NCBI RefSeq assembly: GCF_006345805.1
Contig: NC_043006.1
Location: forward strand, 46,128,001-46,192,000
Length of the DNA: 64,000 nucleotides
Reading direction: 5' to 3'
Source of the DNA: Octopus sinensis
Taxonomy: Eukaryota
The notes below the pieces were generated by a model. It saw nothing but the letters and a program-made list of their open reading frames with translations. It was not told the origin of the DNA and did no database searches. The translations under genes were made by a program, and so were the position numbers. Positions 51,994 to 64,000 of the stretch are shown here, piece after piece. The stretch's first letter is position 1. The number at the start of each line of letters is the position of its first letter.

Positions 51994-52908
51994 GCTTAAC
52001 ATGACTACAAGTAGAATGAATATAAAATGTTGGCTCTGCAAAATACGGTTACAATCTCTTGAATCGGTCTGTAATAGATTTCCGTAAACCTAGTTTTAAT
52101 CAAAAATCTCTAGGCAGCCGGATACTATGGTAAAGATACTTGACTTGACGCTCTCGCAATGATCTCGAACATGCAATTTCGTGGTAACGAATCGAAGGAT
52201 TTAACCATTCAGCCACGCTTGCATTTATGTAGTCGCGGATCAAGAATAAACTTAATTTATGAGACAAATAAATAAAAACGCTTATTGGTTTGTGTGTGTG
52301 TATTCATGTGAGTGTGTTCATGTGTGTGTGGTGTGTGTGTGTTTGTGTGTATGTGTGTGTGTATATGGGCGTCACTATCTTTCTACATCTGTATCCATTT
52401 CTCTGTGTGTATGTGTGACTGTTTATGTGTGTGCCCGTGTGTGTGTGTGTGTGTGTGTGTGCGCATGCGTGTGCATGTGTGTGTGTGTTTGTTTGTGTGC
52501 GCGCGCGTGTGCATCCATCTTTCAGCATCTGTAAGCGTTTCTTTTTTCTGTGTGTGTGTGTGCATGCATCAGTGCGTGTGTGTGAGAGAGAGAGAGAGAG
52601 AAAGAGGGAGAGAATGAAAGATAAAGTGAAAGGCTGTGTGTGTGTGTGTGTAGACACATACGAACGCTTATAAATGCAGCAAGACAGCGACACATACACA
52701 CCTACAAACCTTCACACAGACATCAACATATGTTTATTTATGTATCTCATAAATTAAGAATATGGTTAATTCATCATAAGAAAATACAAATATGAGATTA
52801 CGTTTAGATCTTAGTGGAAAAAAAAACGATATCATTTCATGAAATCAGTTTTGGGGGTCATGCTTCATAGAGATACAAAACGTTATGAAGTTCTTTCTTG
52901 ATGTTAAC

Positions 52909-53700
52909 GGCGGTGAGCACAGATAACAAGCTAAACCGCTAGATAGGTTTAAAAAATTAGCGGAAGCTAACGCGAAATGATAACCGCCAAATGTTATCGT
53001 ATGAATTTAGTTTCGATTTGGTATTTCGGTTCTAAAACCTCTGGACACAGACCTAGAGAGCTGAAAATTTTCACGTTGTAGTTTAGATATATAGCTTTCG
53101 AAAAAGGTATGTCAAGATCAGATAATGATCAAGGTATACGCGAATAAGTAAATGAACAAATGTAATTGAATATTCATTTTTCAGTCAACATACACTTTAT
53201 TTACAGTATAAAAAGTATTAAACGAATCAAAAAGATATAGTATAGCATAGGTACCATTCCAAGATCAGATGATGATCAAGGTGTATTACTTTGGCTGGGA
53301 CTTCTCCATCACCTCGACTTGATGCTGATTGCCCTTCAAAAACATCAGCCTCTCAAAATTAGCACCTGACAGAGTGGCTCCCTTAGTCCTCAAAATATCT
53401 TTACCTATAGAGAATAGGCACTTATCTGCAGCACTGGATGGAATGGCAGTGTTACACTTGGTGAACAGGTCAATCAAGGCCTGCTCACCCAAAAAGGCAA
53501 CTTCAGTCTGGACCTTCTTTGAGACAGCCTCCAACCGGGCCTTCACCAAGTTCCGTGACCTGGATTTCAGTGAGCTGTGGCTCCTGCTCTACTGGAAACG
53601 AGTGATGTTGCTGAAGAAATCCTCTTCCTCATCCTAATTGCCGGTGGTGCTATTACCATCCTCATTGGTCTCCATTAGGGCTGTCACTAACACGGTTTCA
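52909..53700 (-). mobile_element. hAT transposon 3' fragment (C-terminal dimerisation domain)
   Basis: ORF 53286-53549: LFTKCNTAIPSSAADKCLFSIGKDILRTKGATLSGANFERLMFLKGN, equivalent to the hATC PSSA.vERlFS..L...nFE.L.FLK.N motif; outer boundaries approximate. Confidence 0.8.
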
Positions 53701-54051
53701 TGGAGTTCATTATTCTGCTAACCTGGTGGTGATAATGATGATGTTGATGATAATGATGATGACAAAGGCCTTGATGGAGATGAAGACTGCGATGATGGTG
53801 ATAATGATGATGTTGCTGTGGTGATGACGATAAATTGTAGCGGTGCATAGTCAGCCAGTCCAATGCCGGAGAAGCATCTTATTGCTCCGTATGTTTTATA
53901 AAATGTCACGGAAGCGAATCTTTGGAAGATAAGACAGATACAAGGAAGTGCAGACGATACAAAGTAACCATCGCAACATTTTACGAGATGAAAGATTGTG
54001 ATAGAATACTTGTAAATAAGGAACATCATTTTAGGTCACTAAAATATAGTA

Positions 54052-54103
<52 letters not shown>

Positions 54104-54125
54104 ATCTATCTATCTATCTAAAAGA

Positions 54126-54190
<65 letters not shown>

Positions 54191-54218
54191 GATATATATA
54201 TATATATATATATAGATG

Positions 54219-54250
<32 letters not shown>

Positions 54251-54275
54251 ATATATATAGATGTATGTATATATT

Positions 54276-54701
54276 ATTCTTTTATTCTTTCACTTGTTTC
54301 AGTCATTTGAGCTCGGCCATGCTGGAGCACCGCCTTTAGTCAAACAATTCGATCTCAGGGGTTACTCTTTGTAAGCCTAGTACTTATTCAATCGGTCTCT
54401 TTTGCCGAAGCGCTAAGTTACGGAGACGTAAACACAGCAAAATCAGTTGTTAAACGAGGGTGGTGGGGACAAGCACAGACATACAAACATGCACACACAT
54501 ACACAAACAGAAACACGCACACACACACACACACACATATATATACGACAGGCCTCTTTCAGTTTCCGTCTATCAAATTCACTCACAAGGATTTGGTCTG
54601 CCCGAGGCTATAGTAGAAGACACTTGCCCAAGGTGCCACACAGTGGGACTGAACCCGGAGCCATGTGGCTGGTAAGCAAACTACATACTGTACAACCACT
54701 C
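54276..54701 (-). mobile_element. Family B SINE
   Basis: Reverse complement of family B. Confidence 0.85.
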
Positions 54702-55337
54702 TAAAGAAGAGCTGCCTTTCTTCCTTCTATCTTCCTGTCTACCTTTCTCCCTCGTCGTCTCTATCACTCGCCCACCTCTCATCCTCTTTCCCTTTCTCTG
54801 TTAAGAGCGTCGAAAGAAAGTAACTTATTGTGTATGTTAAAAGTTCCTCCTTGTTCATGACAACATTGCTTTTCACCGATGAAACATACACTACAGCCAA
54901 TATAAACACTTCGAGCCTGTAGAAACACAGAAAAAACACACCATATACTTTATGTTGGTATTACTATTGACATTTTCTAAGCTAATATCATCAATATTTT
55001 CGTATATGGTTTTTACTCTGCATTAAAAGCAATTTTTTTTCAGAGTAGAAAAAAGTAAAGGTATTGCAAAAATGATATTCCATCACAGAATTAATAAGGT
55101 TTCGAAATGAAATGGACTCGAATAAGTATTATGACCTTTATTACTCGTAATTTAGGATTTGCTTATAGCTTATCGGAGTAGTTTTTTTAGTCACGTTCTT
55201 TCATAATATTTTCTTCTACTGTTTCGTAAGAAAATACATACACACACGCACACGCACACGTACGCCCCTCACACACAAGGAAACACACATACACGCATAT
55301 CCATTGATATGCACCGATCTTACATGCACATCCTATT

Positions 55338-55643
55338 GGGTGCAGGAATGGCTAAGTGGTTACGCAGTCCTGCTTGTTCCCTGCTGTCGCGGTTTCAATT
55401 CTTGTGCGTTGTATCTTAGGCAAGAAACCATAGGCCTTCTTTCATAACTTCTGCGCAATCAATATCTTTTGAGCGAAATTGGTCAACGAAAGCAAGCTAT
55501 ATGTATGTATATATAGGCGCAGGAGTGACTGTATGGTAAGTAGCTTGCTTACCAACAACATGGTTCAGGGTTCAGTCCCACTGCCTGGCACCTTGGGCAA
55601 GTGTCTTCTACTTTAGCCTCGGACCAACCAAAGAAGCCCGTCG

Positions 55644-55645
<2 letters not shown>
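55338..55645 (+). mobile_element. Two family B 5' fragments (old 55338-55500; younger 55515-55645)
   Basis: GGCGCAGGAGTGACTGTATGGTAAG head and CCTTGGGCAAGT. Confidence 0.7.
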
Positions 55646-55691
<46 letters not shown>

Positions 55692-55803
55692 TATGTGTGT
55701 GTATGTGCGTGTGCGTGTGTGTGTGTATGTGTGCGCGCATGTGTGTGTGTATGTGTGCGTGTGTGTGTATGCGTGTGTGTGTCTTTGTGCTTGTGTTTCT
55801 CTA

Positions 55804-55859
<56 letters not shown>

Positions 55860-56689
55860 TGGTTTGTTGGATTGTATGTGAGTGTATATTTCTTCGTATA
55901 TGTACGTTTATATGAAGCTTACTCTATGTTCGTCTTCTTGTGTTTATAAACCGTAAGATACTGATGCAGCTGAAAAAATCGCTAAAACGAGTCCCAGACT
56001 TCGAAATAAGTACTGGAGTGGGCCCTGCATGGTCACTGTCTGACGTTCGAACGAATACTCACGGACAGACGCACAACATTCCCGCACACGTACGCAACAA
56101 CACATATGAAGACGTACACATGCACACGACACACTCACACATGCACACAACACACACGCAAGCACATACGTTTCTTACGAACGTGAGTCAGAGCGTTCCT
56201 TGATATCAAGTAAAGTTGAAATTAGTGAACAACGAGCATGAAGCCTTTTGACTGTAAGCAATTAGTAAGAGATGAAAAGGAATCAGGTAAAATTCGTTGA
56301 AAATCTAAACTAAAGACACTACAATTCCTAATCACTCAATTTTCATTTGTTCCTTATTGACTTTGTCTCGTTGTATTGATTGCTTAATAGCTCCACCATT
56401 CTGTCTTGAACACTTCCCAATGAAATGAGGAGAGTCTCTAAGACAACCACTCTTCATTTTTGAGGCTTCTATTGATTGACGCGAAGCCGAGAAATCTATC
56501 GTTCTCTCTAATGTTACTCGCTATTTATGGTGGATGTATTAATTCTCTTCCTGTAAATGTATCTTGTTTTAACTCAAACTTGTTGAGAATTCCACGTAGT
56601 AGTCTCAAACCAGTTTTCTTCTATCAACAGACTTCGGAACACAATAATAGTCGAGCACAGAAATTTGATGGCTGCCTTGAATTGTTCTA

Positions 56690-57460
56690 TTCGAGCAAAT
56701 CGGCCCTTTTATTCATTTCCCATTCTGGTACTTTGTCTATCGGAGACTTTTTGCTAAACCGGTAAACGGCGGGGTCGTAAACAAACTAACACTGGCTGTT
56801 AAGCGGTTGGGTGGTGGTAACAAGCACACGCACAAACGCAGACACACAGATACACACACATAAACACACACGCACACAAAACAGACTTCCAACAATTTCT
56901 TCTTTTTTTATTGTCCTCAAGGGGCTAAACATAGAGGGGACAAAAAAGGACAGACAAAGGGATTAAGTCGATTACATCGACCCCAGTGCGTAACTGGTAC
57001 ATATTTATAGACCCCGAAAGGATGAAAGGCAAAGTCGACCTCGGCGGAATTTGAACTCGGAGCGTAGCGGCAGACGAAATGCCTATTTCTTTATTACCCA
57101 CAAGGGGCTAAACACAGAGAGGACAAACAAGGACAGACACACGTATTAAGTCGATTAATCGACCCCAGTGCGTAACTGGTACTTAATTTTATCGACCCCG
57201 AAAGGATGAAAGGCAAAGTCGACCTCTGCGGAATTTGAACTCACAACGTAACGACAGACGAAATACGGCTACGTATTTCGCCCGGCGTGCTAACGATTCT
57301 GCCAGCTCACCTCCCTGACTTCCAGCAATTTCTGCCATCCAAATTCATTCACGAGACATTAATTGGGGTTCGTAGAAGAAAATACTTACACAATGTGCCG
57401 CTCAGTAGGGCTCAACTTGAAATCACGTGGTTGGAAAGCGAGCATCTTAACCATAGAGCC
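56690..57460 (-). mobile_element. Old family B SINE interrupted by a family A 1.5-mer (~56910-57313)
   Basis: The family B halves flank the family A copy; GACTTCCA(A/G)CAATTTCT is duplicated at ~56884 and ~57317 (TSD-like). Confidence 0.75.
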
Positions 57461-57937
57461 AGCCTAACCACTGAGGAAATTCGTTCAACCTGAGAGACAC
57501 TAGTTTCAATCTATTGTATGGACATCAATTCTTGACTGGTATTTTATTTGATCGATCTGGAAAGAATGTGAGGCAAATATAAATTAGATAGAATTTCAAG
57601 GTGCAAAGCAACCTACGTGTCTGAAATGTGTAAGAAGCTGATTAACCTAAGGAAGATGTAGTAGTGTTCTCGGATCTTGATGAAATCAGTTTAGAGACAA
57701 TTTTCTTGGATTTGCCGTTAATTCTGACTACTGGATAGGGTAGCCCAATAGCTCAGATTTATTCCTGTATTTGACAGCATATAAAAGAAAACATCCCTCA
57801 TGAGACTCATGTCACGTTGGACCTGCTTTACATGATTTAGTAGTTTAAAACTGTTTCCTGAGTATACTTTGTTGTATTTGTGTGCATTGTATCATCAAAT
57901 ACGTCACTTTGGTTGTTTAATCCAGACTACTTCTTCA

Positions 57938-58127
57938 GTTCTATATTTAAGAGATGAGGAATTATGTGGATTATTTACATTATTTACATTTGACGGATAT
58001 TTGTCCTCATCTTGTTTGTTGTTAACACAACATTTCGGCTGATATACCCTCCAGCCTTCATCAGGTGTCTTGGGGAAATTTCGAACCTGTGTTCTCATAC
58101 CTCAGGTATTTTTCGATGTTGTTGTTG

Positions 58128-58196
<69 letters not shown>

Positions 58197-58311
58197 TATT
58201 ATTATTATTATTTTTATTATTATTCAGGTCACTGCCTGGAATCGAACTCGGAATCTTGGAGTTAGTAGCCCGCGCTACTTAACCACTACGCCATATGCCC
58301 GTGGGCAGTGA

Positions 58312-58377
<66 letters not shown>

Positions 58378-58410
58378 CAACAACATCGAAAACTACCTTA
58401 GGAATGAGAA
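57938..58410 (-). mobile_element. Family H SINE (57938-58301) with an inverted partial arm (58302-58410)
   Basis: Complete head-linker-tail on the minus strand, followed by plus-strand TGGGCA-GTGACCTG(AAT)n..CATCGAAAACTACCTTAGGAATGAGAA. Confidence 0.85.
58024..58069 (-). ncRNA. Minimal type I hammerhead motif (best-preserved family H copy)
   Basis: GACAC-CTGATGA-A-GGCTG[GAGGGTATAT]CAGCC-GAAA-TG-TT-GTGTT. Confidence 0.75.
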
Positions 58411-58705
58411 GTGGGCGGTACTGCCCCACGCCTCTGTGGACGACGGAAGGATCAAGGGGGGCGTTAAAACAAAGTGGGGTAACAATAAGGTGTGTAAAGG
58501 GGGTGATGGAATTACCCCCCAACCCTCCAAAAAAGATAATGGATTAATTAGATTAAGTTTTATTTGTAAAATACAGTTGTTTTGAATTTGCTATAGAAAG
58601 TGATCTACGTTTGTGGTGCTGTGTGCTAGTGTTGGGGATGAGGGCGCTAGGAATGTGGCCCAAGTGCCAAAAGGGCGGCAGCCTGCAAAAGCTTGGGAAC
58701 CACTG
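58409..58705. mobile_element. hAT/Charlie-like MITE lacking its left TIR
   Basis: Right end TTGGGAACCACTG is the reverse complement of the CAGTGGTTCCCAA hAT terminus. Confidence 0.5.
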
Positions 58706-58898
58706 CTTTAGATGATATGGTGTAGTTTGATGAAATTTCCTCTGCGTTGATTCCATGTCTGCGTTGATTAAAGATTAAATGTCAACAAACTAGGTTTACG
58801 ATTGGTTAAAGTTACATAATTTTATATGCTTGTAAAGTTACATAATTTTATATGCTTGTAGCTTCATTCAAATTAATTTTTGGAGAAAAAAAACTAAC

Positions 58899-59141
58899 GT
58901 GGAGGCGCAATGGCCTAGTGGTTAGGGCAGCGGACTTGCGGTCGGAGGATCGCGGTTTCGATTCCCAGACCGGGCGTTGTGTGTGTTTATTGAGCGAAAA
59001 AAACACCTAAAAGCTCCACGAGGCTCCGGCAGGAGGTGGTGATCCCTGCTGTACTCTTTCACCACTCTAAAGGCATGGCTCCAGCATGGCCGCAGTCAAA
59101 TGACTGAAACAAGTACAAAAAAAAAAAAAAAAAAAAAAAAA
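58899..59141 (+). mobile_element. Chimeric SINE: family C head plus family B 3' end plus poly(A)
   Basis: Family C sequence to ~59067, then AAAGGC..CTCCAGCATGGCCGCAGTCAAATGACTGAAACAAGTA and an A-run. Confidence 0.8.
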
Positions 59142-59744
59142 TTGCGATTTTTCTCATCCGCATGCAAAATTATATCAGAACTAGAATTTTTGAAAATAAT
59201 CTTTGGCAATTTGAAAAAATTCGAGTGGTTGGAAAAAATTTAACAAGATCCTCAATACGTAATTCATATTTATAAGACGGCAGGGCGTGTGTGTTTATTG
59301 AAATTTAGCCGCTATTTCCAGCATGTCGAGATACCACGTTGAGACTCCATCGTTGATTTTTGTAAATACGTCAGTGACATGATAATAGAATGATGTATGA
59401 CTACCGCTGGGAAGAGATAAAAGTTTTCTTTTTGGTTTTTTACTTGGTTACTGGAAAAATCTTTTGATCTCCCTGGAGTGATTTCGCATATTGACAGCAT
59501 ATTGTCGTTTGATGTTCTGTGAACGATCAAATGATGTAGAAAATGAATATTTTAATTCTTGTTTTTATTTCATCTTAGTAGGCACATGCCTTTAATAAGA
59601 TTAACTGATGTTTTTTTTTTCTTCTTTTTTTCTTCCAGCTTCCTGCTGCTAACGTAAATTTTGGTGAAATAAGGGCTGAAAAAAAGTAGGGTTTAATTAC
59701 AGAATTTTATGTAAGACGATTTCCATGTAAGTTCCATGTTATAC

Positions 59745-60101
59745 TTTCTTTCTTTTTCTTTCTTTCTTTCTTTCTTCTTTCTTTCTTTCTTTCTTCTTTC
59801 TTTCTTTCTTTCTTTCTTCCTTCCATCCTTCCTTCCTTTCTTTCTTTCTTTTTTCCTTCCTTCCTTTCTTTCTTTCCATTGATGTCTTTCTTTCTCTCGC
59901 TCTTCTCTTTCTTTCTTTCTTTCTTCTTTCTTCTTTCTTTCTTTCTTTCTTTTTCTTTCTTTCTTCTTTCTTTCTTTTTCTCTTCCTTCTTTCTTTCTTT
60001 CTTTCTTTCTTCTTTCTTCTTTCTTTCTTTCTTTCTTTCTTTCTTACTTTCTTTCCATTGATGTCTTTCTTTCTTTCTTTCTTACTTTCTTTCTATTGAT
60101 G

Positions 60102-60134
<33 letters not shown>

Positions 60135-60175
60135 TTTTTTCTTCTTTCTTTCTTTCTTTCTTTCCATTGATGTCT
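59745..60175. repeat. (CTTT)n/(CTT)n polypyrimidine tract with recurring CCATTGATGT interruptions
   Basis: Direct reading. Confidence 0.95.
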
Positions 60176-60743
60176 CCTATATAACATTCAACCCAGCGTA
60201 TCTAATTTTACTGATAACTTCTTGTTGCTTTTACTTAACCTTGAATCTGATCAGAGTCATATGGACAATGATCAACTATGACAATCGCATTTTTTTGGGA
60301 GGGATATATCTATCTAGAACTACTTATCGCAATGTACCCTTCGTTTTTGTGACATTTTTTTTTGCCTGCTGTTTCTAGTAAATCGTATGATTACGCAAAA
60401 TCTTCGTCGTTCGGTAAGGCTTTAATTTTCTTGTTTGTTTTTGAATCCCAATTCCACTCTGAATAGATTTCTGTTAACGATATTCGAGTCCTCACCATAG
60501 CGATACTGACATTCTGTAGAGTATGGAGTATTTAGGATCACATTATATAATGTATGTGCGTGTGCTATTTCTAGAATATCAATGTGGTTACATAAATATT
60601 CTTTAATAAGCTGGTTTGCAGTTAATTACAAGAGATAAACCACTTGTTAAGAGGCAATAATTATTTCTAATTGTGGCAAAAAGGCAGCAATTTTGAGGTG
60701 AGGAGAAGCCGTTTATATCGGCTTAAAGTGTTTCTTTTTTCTT

Positions 60744-61046
60744 CGCCCTTTTCAAGCCTAGCCAGGCTCATGGGCCCGGTTTCCCGCTTTCTGTTGCGTA
60801 TGTGTTCCTCCCTGCTGGACGGAACGCCAGTCCATCGCAGCGTTACTCAAGAAACAGGAAGAGAGAGTGAGAGAAAGTTGTGGCGAAAGAGTACAAAAGG
60901 GGCCGCCACCACCCTCTGCCGGAGCCTCGTGGAGATTCTAGGTGTTTTCGCTCAATAAACACACACAACGCCCGGTTTGGGAATCGAAACCGCGATCCTC
61001 CGACCGCGAGTCCGCTGCCCTAACCACTGGGCCATTGCGCCTCCAC
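60744..61046 (-). mobile_element. Family C SINE with tail 1, with TSD
   Basis: CTTAAAGTGTTT is present on both sides (60722 and 61047); inserted into an old family A copy. Confidence 0.9.
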
Positions 61047-61732
61047 CTTAAAGTGTTTAGCTGGTACTTAATTTATCGACCTCGAAATGATGAAAAGAAA
61101 ACCAATCTCAGTGGTATTTGAGCTCTAAGCGTAAAGCGCCGGAAGAAATGCTACTTGGCGCTAAGCGTTTTGTCCGGCACGCTAATGGTTCTACCCGCTA
61201 GCCGGACTATTTTTTCGTTAAGGAACAAATATGAAATATAGAATCGTTTACCTAGCTAAGAGAATAACTTATCTGATGCTGAACCAACGTAAAACATTCT
61301 ACGACTAGACGGAAATAGATAAGGTAAATATAGCAGCTAGATCAGCCCCGAATTAAATCGAGCACCACCATCTTAAACAAATGGCAACATAAAGGAAAAT
61401 GTAATCTTTGATATGTTTCAAAACCGGCTGGTCAGATTTAGGAAGCGTTTGAACAACGGTTGTTTTTTTTCTATCAGGGCTAATATGATATTAACCAACA
61501 AGAAGAAGAACAATAGCAGTATCAACAAGTAAAACAACGGCTAGAGATAATTGATGCGTTCTTAGACTGTAAAGATGTAAGATCTCATGGTATAAAACTG
61601 TCTCGCCAATGAAGATTCTGACAGAGAGATATTTTGCATTCGAAAACTGAGTTTAAATCTGTGGATATGTCAAAGTGACCTGTCCTGCATTTCTCGGGTT
61701 TCGGCGTTGAGCTGCACAGTGTGAAGTAATTA

Positions 61733-61785
<53 letters not shown>

Positions 61786-61915
61786 TGGCTGCTGTTACGG
61801 ATGCTGCTGCTGTACTTGTTGATGATGATCCTGTCTCCACCACCACCACCTCTATCATCACTACCACTACTACCACCTGCACCAACAGCCCTTGCAGCAG
61901 CAGCAGCAGCACTAC

Positions 61916-61950
<35 letters not shown>

Positions 61951-62009
61951 AAAGCACCACCACGAGCACGAGCACCGCCACCATCACCACCAGCACCAGC
62001 ACCACCAGC

Positions 62010-62058
<49 letters not shown>

Positions 62059-62780
62059 ACAAAATGCATTTGCTCGCGAAGCAGTCGCAATTACAAAATA
62101 TAAAACAAAACAAAATAAAACAAAAATACAAGCAAAACAGATTAGAAGCTCATGAGAAACACAACATTAAAACAAAAACAAAACAAAACAAAACAAAAAC
62201 GAAACGAAATAAAAATAAAAAAAAAAACCAAGAGGCAAGAAAAGGCATTAAGAAGGGAAAGAAGATAAATTTCGTTCCTCGATCCTACTTCAAAGCAAAA
62301 TATAAAATTGGTGAGCATTACCATCAATTTGTCGATAATAGCGGAAGCTGGAAGAAGAAGCAGCGATGTAGTTTTAAATGCGATGAAATTGCGAAAGAAG
62401 GATTTAGATTTGTTAAAGTACCTTAAGATATAGGAACTCCAGAAAAGGAAAAAAAAAAAAAGAAAATTGAAAAGGTAAGAAGGGAATGTAAGGACTGCAT
62501 CTTGTTGCATTTAGTCGGCCAAGGAATGAAGGCGGTAGTGATGTGGGTGAATAAAGGAATTAGGGAATAAGGGAATGAGAGAATGTTACTAAAGTGATTA
62601 TTATCGCAGGGTGTTGATTTGCTATAAGTAAGACAACATTTTAAATAAGTTTTATATTGGTGTTACATATTTTTCCTTCTCGCTTTATTTTTTCGTCTCT
62701 TTTTATATTCTATTCTATTTGGGGTTTTTTTTTTTTCGTTTCAGGCCCAGCAAATATTTGTATAGAATAATAATAATAAC

Positions 62781-62815
<35 letters not shown>

Positions 62816-62847
62816 TAATAATAATAATGATAATAATAATAATAATG

Positions 62848-62878
<31 letters not shown>

Positions 62879-62982
62879 TTATTATTATTTTTATTAAAAA
62901 ATGTGTCAATCCATGTTTATAAGGAATGTGGAGGGGAAGGAGGGATAGAAATGTAGCTTAACGGATATGGAGTAAAATGCGT

Positions 62983-63056
<74 letters not shown>

Positions 63057-63096
63057 TTTTATTTCAATTGAATGGATTAAACATCGAGTTTCGCCG

Positions 63097-63168
<72 letters not shown>

Positions 63169-63193
63169 CTTTATTTAAAAGCAACAGAGATAT

Positions 63194-63246
63194 AACAAAT
63201 ACTGTTACTCAGAGTTTCACGTTTCCGTTCGTCGGACAGATTTGTT
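63194..63246 (-). ncRNA. Type I hammerhead ribozyme motif with U4C core variant
   Basis: AACAAAT-CTGT-CCGACGA-ACG[GAAA]CGT-GAAA-CTC-T-GAG-TA-ACAG-T-ATTTGTT. Confidence 0.7.
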
Positions 63247-63324
63247 GAAATGGAACAGGTATAACAATATAATCAAAACTAGTTAAAGGATATACCTTTA
63301 AAAATGGATTTGTTTCACTGGTCT

Positions 63325-64000
63325 TACACACACATACATACATACATACATACACACATACACACACACATACACACATACATACATACATACATACACA
63401 CAAACACACACACATACACACATACATACATACACACACGCATACATATACATACATACATACACATACACACACATACATACATACACACATACATACA
63501 TAGACACATATATACATACACACACACATACATATACATACATACATACAGACACACACATGCACACATACACGCATGCACACATACATACATACACACA
63601 CACACATACTATACACACAGACATACATACACACACGCGTACATATACATACATACATACAACATACACATACACACACTTACACACATACACCCGTACA
63701 TACATACATACACACACACTTACATACACACACATACATACACACTTACACACATACACACACACATACACACACGCATACACACATACATACATATATA
63801 CACCCATACATACACACATACATACATAGAAACATACAAACACAAACATACATATACATACATACATACACACACACATGCACACACACATACACACACA
63901 CGCACGCACACATACATACATACACACACATACATATACACACATACATACATACATTCACACAAACTTACACACATACACATACATACATACATACATA
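63325..64000. repeat. (CA)n/(TACA)n compound microsatellite
   Basis: Direct reading. Confidence 0.95.

Noticed and set aside
58807-58860. 26-bp exact tandem duplication
   Set aside because: Ordinary local slippage with no further structure

Overview
AT-rich eukaryotic intronic or intergenic DNA, most likely from an octopus. The taxon is inferred from the extreme microsatellite load and tRNA-derived SINE families that resemble octopus SINEs; it was not checked against a database. No host protein-coding gene is supportable, and nearly all listed ORFs are translations of microsatellites or SINEs. The window is a mosaic of (TA)n/(CA)n/triplet repeats, at least five SINE-like families (my labels A, B, C, E, H) and a TAA-embedded element (D). 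It also holds fossil transposons: mariner/Tc1, hAT, Chapaev3-like, a Helitron, two RLE-type LINEs and a Penelope-like GIY-YIG fragment. There is one 100-N gap. The main unexpected signal is a cluster of hammerhead ribozyme (HHR) motifs. (i) An ORF-less ~488-bp tandem and inverted array at 42273-43818 carries three complete type I HHRs and looks retrozyme-like. (ii) A tRNA-headed SINE family carries a Penelope-type minimal HHR in its tail; there are 3 copies, and two lie head-to-head with an inverted partial arm. (iii) A minimal HHR lies 3' of the Penelope GIY-YIG fragment. (iv) Further intact-to-eroded HHRs sit in short fragments embedded in TA/CA microsatellites. All folds were read by eye; activity and novelty are untested.
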